NCBI GenBank assembly: GCA_030149205.1
Contig: JASBSB010000006.1
Span: 210,001-242,000, forward strand
Direction: 5' to 3'
DNA from: Candidatus Heimdallarchaeota archaeon
GTDB taxonomy: Archaea > Asgardarchaeota > Heimdallarchaeia > Heimdallarchaeales > Kariarchaeaceae
Length of the DNA: 32,000 bases
Shown: in pieces, positions 27,980 to 32,000 of the stretch
How positions within the stretch are numbered: the first letter of the stretch is position 1
How the letters are laid out: every line of letters begins with the position of its first letter
The notes under the pieces: generated by a model
The model's database searches: none
The model's input: the letters and a program-made list of their open reading frames with translations, nothing else
Told to the model about the DNA's origin: nothing
Program-made: the position numbers and the translations under genes

Positions 27980-28441
27980 ATGGTATCTTCAAAGTTCCCA
28001 CATATTTCCAAATCAGTTCAACTTTTAGGAAAGGTAACTCTGGAAGGCGATGTCTTCATTCAGGATAATGTAGTTTTAGCTGAGGATGCCTGTGTGATTA
28101 GTCAGTTAGGAAGATTAATTATTGAGGAAGGGGTGTACATAGGAGAACTGGCAAGAGTTGAAAATTTAAGTGAATTAAAGATGACAATTAAACAAAAGGT
28201 AATACTTGAGCCAAAAGTAGAGGTATACAACCTCATAGGAGAGGAAACCGTAATAGGTGAGGGAGCAAAAATATATGGTACTGTGGGTAAGGGTTGTTGG
28301 GTAAAACCTTATGAAATTTTGAATGCTGATACCTTTCTGCCAGATAATTCAGTTTTGGAAAATAAGAATATTAGATCTATAACTAACTTAGACAAGTCAC
28401 ATATGTCAACCATAAGAGAAAAATTGGAAAAATCAACGTAA
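27980..28441 (+). CDS. Left-handed beta-helix (hexapeptide repeat) protein, gamma-carbonic-anhydrase-like but lacking Zn ligands
   Basis: [LIV]-x hexapeptide periodicity, FPHI...GDV start and a C-terminal helix. No His at the three gamma-CA ligand positions. Confidence 0.85.
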   Translation: MVSSKFPHISKSVQLLGKVTLEGDVFIQDNVVLAEDACVISQLGRLIIEEGVYIGELARVENLSELKMTIKQKVILEPKVEVYNLIGEETVIGEGAKIYGTVGKGCWVKPYEILNADTFLPDNSVLENKNIRSITNLDKSHMSTIREKLEKST

Positions 28442-28494
28442 CTCAATCAGGGAATTATGAGAATAATTAAGACACCTAAATTTAATGTGAGTTA

Positions 28495-29952
28495 GTGATC
28501 AAATCGACCTCCCTTTTGCTTCAGAAATCTAATGGAGAAGTTCTACTCGTTAAGAGAAATCAAAAGTTAAAATCCTTCGCTGGGCTTTGGTCCTTTGTGG
28601 GGGGAAAAATCGAGGACAAACTTTCAAATGATTGGTCCGGGAATGAGGACATAGTTAAATTAAATCTACTACGTGAGGTTTATGAAGAATTAGGGATTTG
28701 TTTTGAGGGTAAGGTTTACCCAAGAGAAGACAGAAACAAAAAGGTTACTGAAATTTATTCCAAAGAATTCTTGGAAGAATTTTTACCAAAACTCAAATTT
28801 ATAGGTAGAAGGCAGACTCCCCCGTTTACAAAGAGGCAGTTCGACAATGCATATTTTCTTCTAACTGAGAAAGATTTTCCCCCACTTTCTGAAATTGAGG
28901 TAATAGTCGATGGCTCAGAAATTGTTGATTCTACCTGGATAAAAATCTCAGAAGCCATTGAACAATTCACAAAATTAGAATTAAATATCCCACCACCGAT
29001 TCTCAGAATATTAGAGGTGATGAATGAATTTCCGGAAAATTTTATTGAGGTTCTTATCCAAGACAGTGCTAAACCAGTTGGTATCCAGACACCCATCAAA
29101 TTTGCCCCAAATGTAGAACATATTCCTCTCAAATCAAAGACTGCACATCCATTCATTTGTACAAATTTTACGCTCTTCAGAGGTTCCAAACACACGGTTA
29201 TGGTCGATCCAGGGTGGATCGAAGAGGTGAATGAAGATGCACAAATCATACTTGAAACTATAAAGGATGAAGAGCCGTTTGTTGTAATCAGTCATCATCA
29301 CCACGATCATATTGATGGACTTAAATTCCTTGCAACAAAGTTTCCTAAGGCAACCGTTATAGCATCAGAATTTACTTTAAGTCAAATTACCACGAATTTA
29401 AATAAAATCGCCATGGAAGAAGGAATAATTAAATTGGGAAAGGGTTTGGAGGATAGAGATTGGCATTTAGAGATTGTATATACCCCAGGTCACACTATAG
29501 GTCACATAAGTGTATATGACCCACTAAATAAACTTCTAGTGGCAGGAGACCATATGGTTGGCATAGGTACAGCACTACTTGACCCTAGAACAGGGGATAT
29601 TGGCGATTATTTGAATACCATTGAAAAATTGAAAAAGTTAAATTTGCATCTAATTCTTCCAGCACATGGTCCAACAATTTATACTCCTTATGAAACCTTA
29701 GAGTTTTACAAGAAACACCGATTAGAGCGAGAAAATCAGATCATACTGCTTCTTAATGAGAGAGAATTCACTCCAAGTGAACTTGTGGATAAGATCTATG
29801 CAGGTTTAAACCCAAATTCGAAGAGATATGCAAGCTTTAACGTTCATCTACACCTCAAAAAGCTTCTTGATGAAGGCAGAGTTAAAGTAGTTAATGATGA
29901 ACAGATAACAATAGAAAACTTTGCAAATATAAGCTATAAATTGGCAGATTGA
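28495..29952 (+). CDS. NUDIX hydrolase (NUDT19-like) fused to LACTB2-like metallo-beta-lactamase fold with C-terminal wHTH
   Basis: REVYEELG Nudix box and TPPF..RQFD; SHHHHDH, TPGHTIGH, AGDH, PAHG, HRLERE. Confidence 0.9.
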   Translation: MIKSTSLLLQKSNGEVLLVKRNQKLKSFAGLWSFVGGKIEDKLSNDWSGNEDIVKLNLLREVYEELGICFEGKVYPREDRNKKVTEIYSKEFLEEFLPKLKFIGRRQTPPFTKRQFDNAYFLLTEKDFPPLSEIEVIVDGSEIVDSTWIKISEAIEQFTKLELNIPPPILRILEVMNEFPENFIEVLIQDSAKPVGIQTPIKFAPNVEHIPLKSKTAHPFICTNFTLFRGSKHTVMVDPGWIEEVNEDAQIILETIKDEEPFVVISHHHHDHIDGLKFLATKFPKATVIASEFTLSQITTNLNKIAMEEGIIKLGKGLEDRDWHLEIVYTPGHTIGHISVYDPLNKLLVAGDHMVGIGTALLDPRTGDIGDYLNTIEKLKKLNLHLILPAHGPTIYTPYETLEFYKKHRLERENQIILLLNEREFTPSELVDKIYAGLNPNSKRYASFNVHLHLKKLLDEGRVKVVNDEQITIENFANISYKLAD

Positions 29953-29991
29953 ATTATATCCTACCAAACTATACATAAAGAAAAATTAATA

Positions 29992-30456
29992 GTGGAGGGT
30001 ATGATTCAATTTTCAGAATTTTCAATACCTACGCATGAAGGAAAATTACTTACAGAAAAAGACACACTTGGAAAGCGAGTGGTACTGTTTTCATATCCAG
30101 AGGCATTTACCCCAGGTTGTACAGCTGAGGTATGCTCAATTAGAGATCAATTTGGAGAGATTTTGAAACACGAAGTACTTGTATTAGGTATTTCCAAAGA
30201 TTCTGTAGAAAAGATCAAACAATTTCATGATGAGTATAAGCTAAAATATACTCTCCTTTCGGATGAGAAATCTGATTTTATGGAAAGGTTAGATGTCTAC
30301 GGAGAGAAACTACTCTATGGAAAAAAGGTTATTGGAACCAAAAGAGAGATTATTTTTCTAGACGAAAAAGGAACTGAGGTAGATAGAATTAAGGGAGTCC
30401 GAACAAAATCAACGGCAGAGCAAATCTTAAAGAAGTTTGATAAGCTGGGATGGTAA
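29992..30456 (+). CDS. bcp: Peroxiredoxin, BCP/PrxQ type (start GTG 29992 or ATG 30001)
   Basis: YPEAFTPGCTAEVC (PxxxTxxC plus resolving Cys), GISKDS, conserved Arg in TKR. Confidence 0.92.
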   Translation: MEGMIQFSEFSIPTHEGKLLTEKDTLGKRVVLFSYPEAFTPGCTAEVCSIRDQFGEILKHEVLVLGISKDSVEKIKQFHDEYKLKYTLLSDEKSDFMERLDVYGEKLLYGKKVIGTKREIIFLDEKGTEVDRIKGVRTKSTAEQILKKFDKLGW

Positions 30457-31019
30457 ATCTGATGAAAATCTACACAAAATCGGGAGATACTGGAAATACA
30501 TCACTAGTCGGTGGTTCAAAAACCCCCAAAGATGATGAAAGAGTAGATGCCTATGGTGAAATTGATGAATTAAACTCATTCATAGGGTTAGTAGTAAGCA
30601 GAATTGAAGATAAACCTTTACTTGATGAGCTGAAAGACAAACTTACATTCATACAAAACCTTCTCTTTGAGGTGGGAACTGGTTTAGCAACTCCAACACT
30701 GACGGAGACAATCAAAAAAGAAGATATTGACACAATAGAGAAATGGATTGACACTTACAGTGAAACATTACCAGCTTTACAATCATTTATCCTTCCAGGC
30801 GGAAGTGAAGTCGCAGCAAGGTTTCATGTGCTCCGAACCATCACAAGAAGAGCAGAAAGGAGAATTGTAAAGTTAAACAATGACCAACCCATTTCCTCTC
30901 TTATGATTCCGTTTATTAACAGACTCTCAGATCTCTTCTTTGTGTTGGCTCGATACTCGAACTTTAGGTTGGGTTATAATGATGTAGTTTGGACAAGCCG
31001 TCAGAAGAAGGAATCATAG
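30450..31019 (+). CDS. pduO: ATP:cob(I)alamin adenosyltransferase, PduO/MMAB type (likely start ATG 30462)
   Basis: KIYTKSGDTG, AYGEIDELNS, FILPGG, RRAER, NRLSDLFF. Confidence 0.95.
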   Translation: MVNLMKIYTKSGDTGNTSLVGGSKTPKDDERVDAYGEIDELNSFIGLVVSRIEDKPLLDELKDKLTFIQNLLFEVGTGLATPTLTETIKKEDIDTIEKWIDTYSETLPALQSFILPGGSEVAARFHVLRTITRRAERRIVKLNNDQPISSLMIPFINRLSDLFFVLARYSNFRLGYNDVVWTSRQKKES

Positions 31020-31040
31020 CTTGGAAGGTTCAAACATATT

Positions 31041-31439
31041 CTATGAAGAGGGAAATAGAAATTTATAAGAACGAAGAGAAAATCCTCTTCTGATTGAAAA
31101 ATAAGCTGATGATAATTGTGTAAATCCTTTACGTGTCCAAAACAACAGCTCCGTGTCTTTGGATTTTGTTTCATTCACATCTCGGTATAGCTCACACATC
31201 TCTGAAGAATATTTAGAAAGTGGCATATAATCTTCAAAGTAGGCAGCTGTTCCCTTCAGAGTGTGAAATATTCTAAATATCGATTTGTATGCCTCAAGAA
31301 CCTTTTCACTGTCTCGTAAAAATCTCAGATTGCGCAAAGATTCAGAATAAAGATCCATCATGTCATTGAATTCTTGTAAAAACACACCATGAAATTCATC
31401 ATAGGATGGGTCATTTCTCGCAATCCAACTATCTTCCAC
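31041..31439 (-). CDS. Stand-alone histidine phosphotransfer (Hpt) domain protein
   Basis: All-helical sequence with IFRIFHTLKGTA, the HxxKG phospho-acceptor motif. Confidence 0.85.
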   Translation of the reverse strand: MEDSWIARNDPSYDEFHGVFLQEFNDMMDLYSESLRNLRFLRDSEKVLEAYKSIFRIFHTLKGTAAYFEDYMPLSKYSSEMCELYRDVNETKSKDTELLFWTRKGFTQLSSAYFSIRRGFSLRSYKFLFPSS

Positions 31440-31515
31440 AATTTGGTGTTAGAATTTACCTTTTTATCTCTTAGTCATGACTTTAAGAATATTGAATAGG
31501 TATTTGGGGATTATT

Positions 31516-31875
31516 TTAAGTTGTCCATTCCAAATCTGGAATCTGCTCATCGGGAGCTTTACCTGGGTCATCCCACGACTCATTTCTAACAAGCTTTAGT
31601 GGTTCAACAACCATGTCATGGTCACATAAAATTTGACATGAAAGACGGTATTGTCCAAGTCTATCAGTTTCGGTGAGCTTAGTTCGTTCTGCCACCGACA
31701 TCTTTTTGGGTTCTCCTTCATGAAATTTCACTCGACAGGTTGTACATTTTGCATGACCCCCACACCTGTGTGAGACATCAACACCTGCCCTTTCTATAGC
31801 TAATACCAACCTAGTATCAGAATCTACATCTATCACTTTATTTGATCCATCTACTTTGATAGTTATCTTTGGCAT
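31516..31875 (-). CDS. 2Fe-2S ferredoxin
   Basis: CGGHAKCTTC (C-x5-C-x2-C) and RLSCQ. Confidence 0.93.
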   Translation of the reverse strand: MPKITIKVDGSNKVIDVDSDTRLVLAIERAGVDVSHRCGGHAKCTTCRVKFHEGEPKKMSVAERTKLTETDRLGQYRLSCQILCDHDMVVEPLKLVRNESWDDPGKAPDEQIPDLEWTT

Positions 31876-31896
31876 AGGATGCGATAAAAGAAAGAG

Positions 31897-31910
31897 ATAT
31901 TTATTGCTTT
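31897..31910 (-). promoter_or_regulatory. BRE/TATA promoter of ferredoxin (leaderless)
   Basis: Minus strand AAAGC-AATAAATAT ending 22 nt before ATG 31875. Confidence 0.55.
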
Positions 31911-31941
31911 GCTCTGTTGAAAGTAACTGACACGTACCCCG

Positions 31942-32000
31942 TTAGCTTCCTGAGTTTTGAATACTTTCTACTGTCTTATCAATTACTTTATGCTGTAGAT
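31942..32000 (-). CDS. Possible 3' end of an upstream gene (...LQHKVIDKTVESIQNSGS*)
   Basis: The only minus frame open from the window edge to TAA 31942-31944; too short to verify. Confidence 0.3.
   Translation of the reverse strand, partial: LQHKVIDKTVESIQNSGS

Noticed and set aside
29950-29994. NUDIX-MBL TGA stop is in frame with bcp across 13 stop-free codons, suggesting readthrough or selenocysteine
   Set aside because: This is plausible by chance among many junctions. The TGA is not at a catalytic Cys position, both proteins are complete alone, and no SECIS-like element was identified.
493-30754. Antisense or alternate-frame ORFs in the track (e.g. 2095..2490, 4606..5007, 10588..11106, 14018..14350, 21178..21516, 28755..29249)
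   Set aside because: They lie entirely or almost entirely within well-supported genes, mostly on the opposite strand, and have no motifs; they are shadow ORFs.
1-32000. Search for CRISPR arrays, tRNA/rRNA, transposases, integrases or defence islands
   Set aside because: No regularly spaced repeats, cloverleafs, GC-rich structural RNA or mobile/defence motifs were seen by eye.

Overview
Gene-dense, AT-rich chromosomal window from an Asgard archaeon, most likely Heimdallarchaeia. This is inferred from a Lokiactin-type actin, an Asgard-style longin-domain protein and archaeal TATA promoters, mixed with bacterial-type metabolic genes such as arginase, BCP, PduO and a 2Fe-2S ferredoxin. About 33 CDS were found, with no rRNA, tRNA, CRISPR array or transposase. 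The only mobile element is a 334-aa intein in Hel308, whose LAGLIDADG nuclease looks decayed. Best leads: (1) a GNAT/JAMM gene junction with a classic A_AAA_AAG -1 slippery site directly before the GNAT stop, enclosed by an 8-bp hairpin, which would yield a 278-aa acetyltransferase-isopeptidase fusion; (2) a longin / TPR-solenoid / longin protein facing the actin gene; (3) a His-less gamma-carbonic-anhydrase-like beta-helix protein whose substitutions resemble dynactin p27/p25; (4) a minimal TadA/TadC-like pair, a stand-alone Hpt, an orphan nuoB and tandem zinc-finger membrane paralogs. All family assignments come from motif recognition by eye; no database searches were run.
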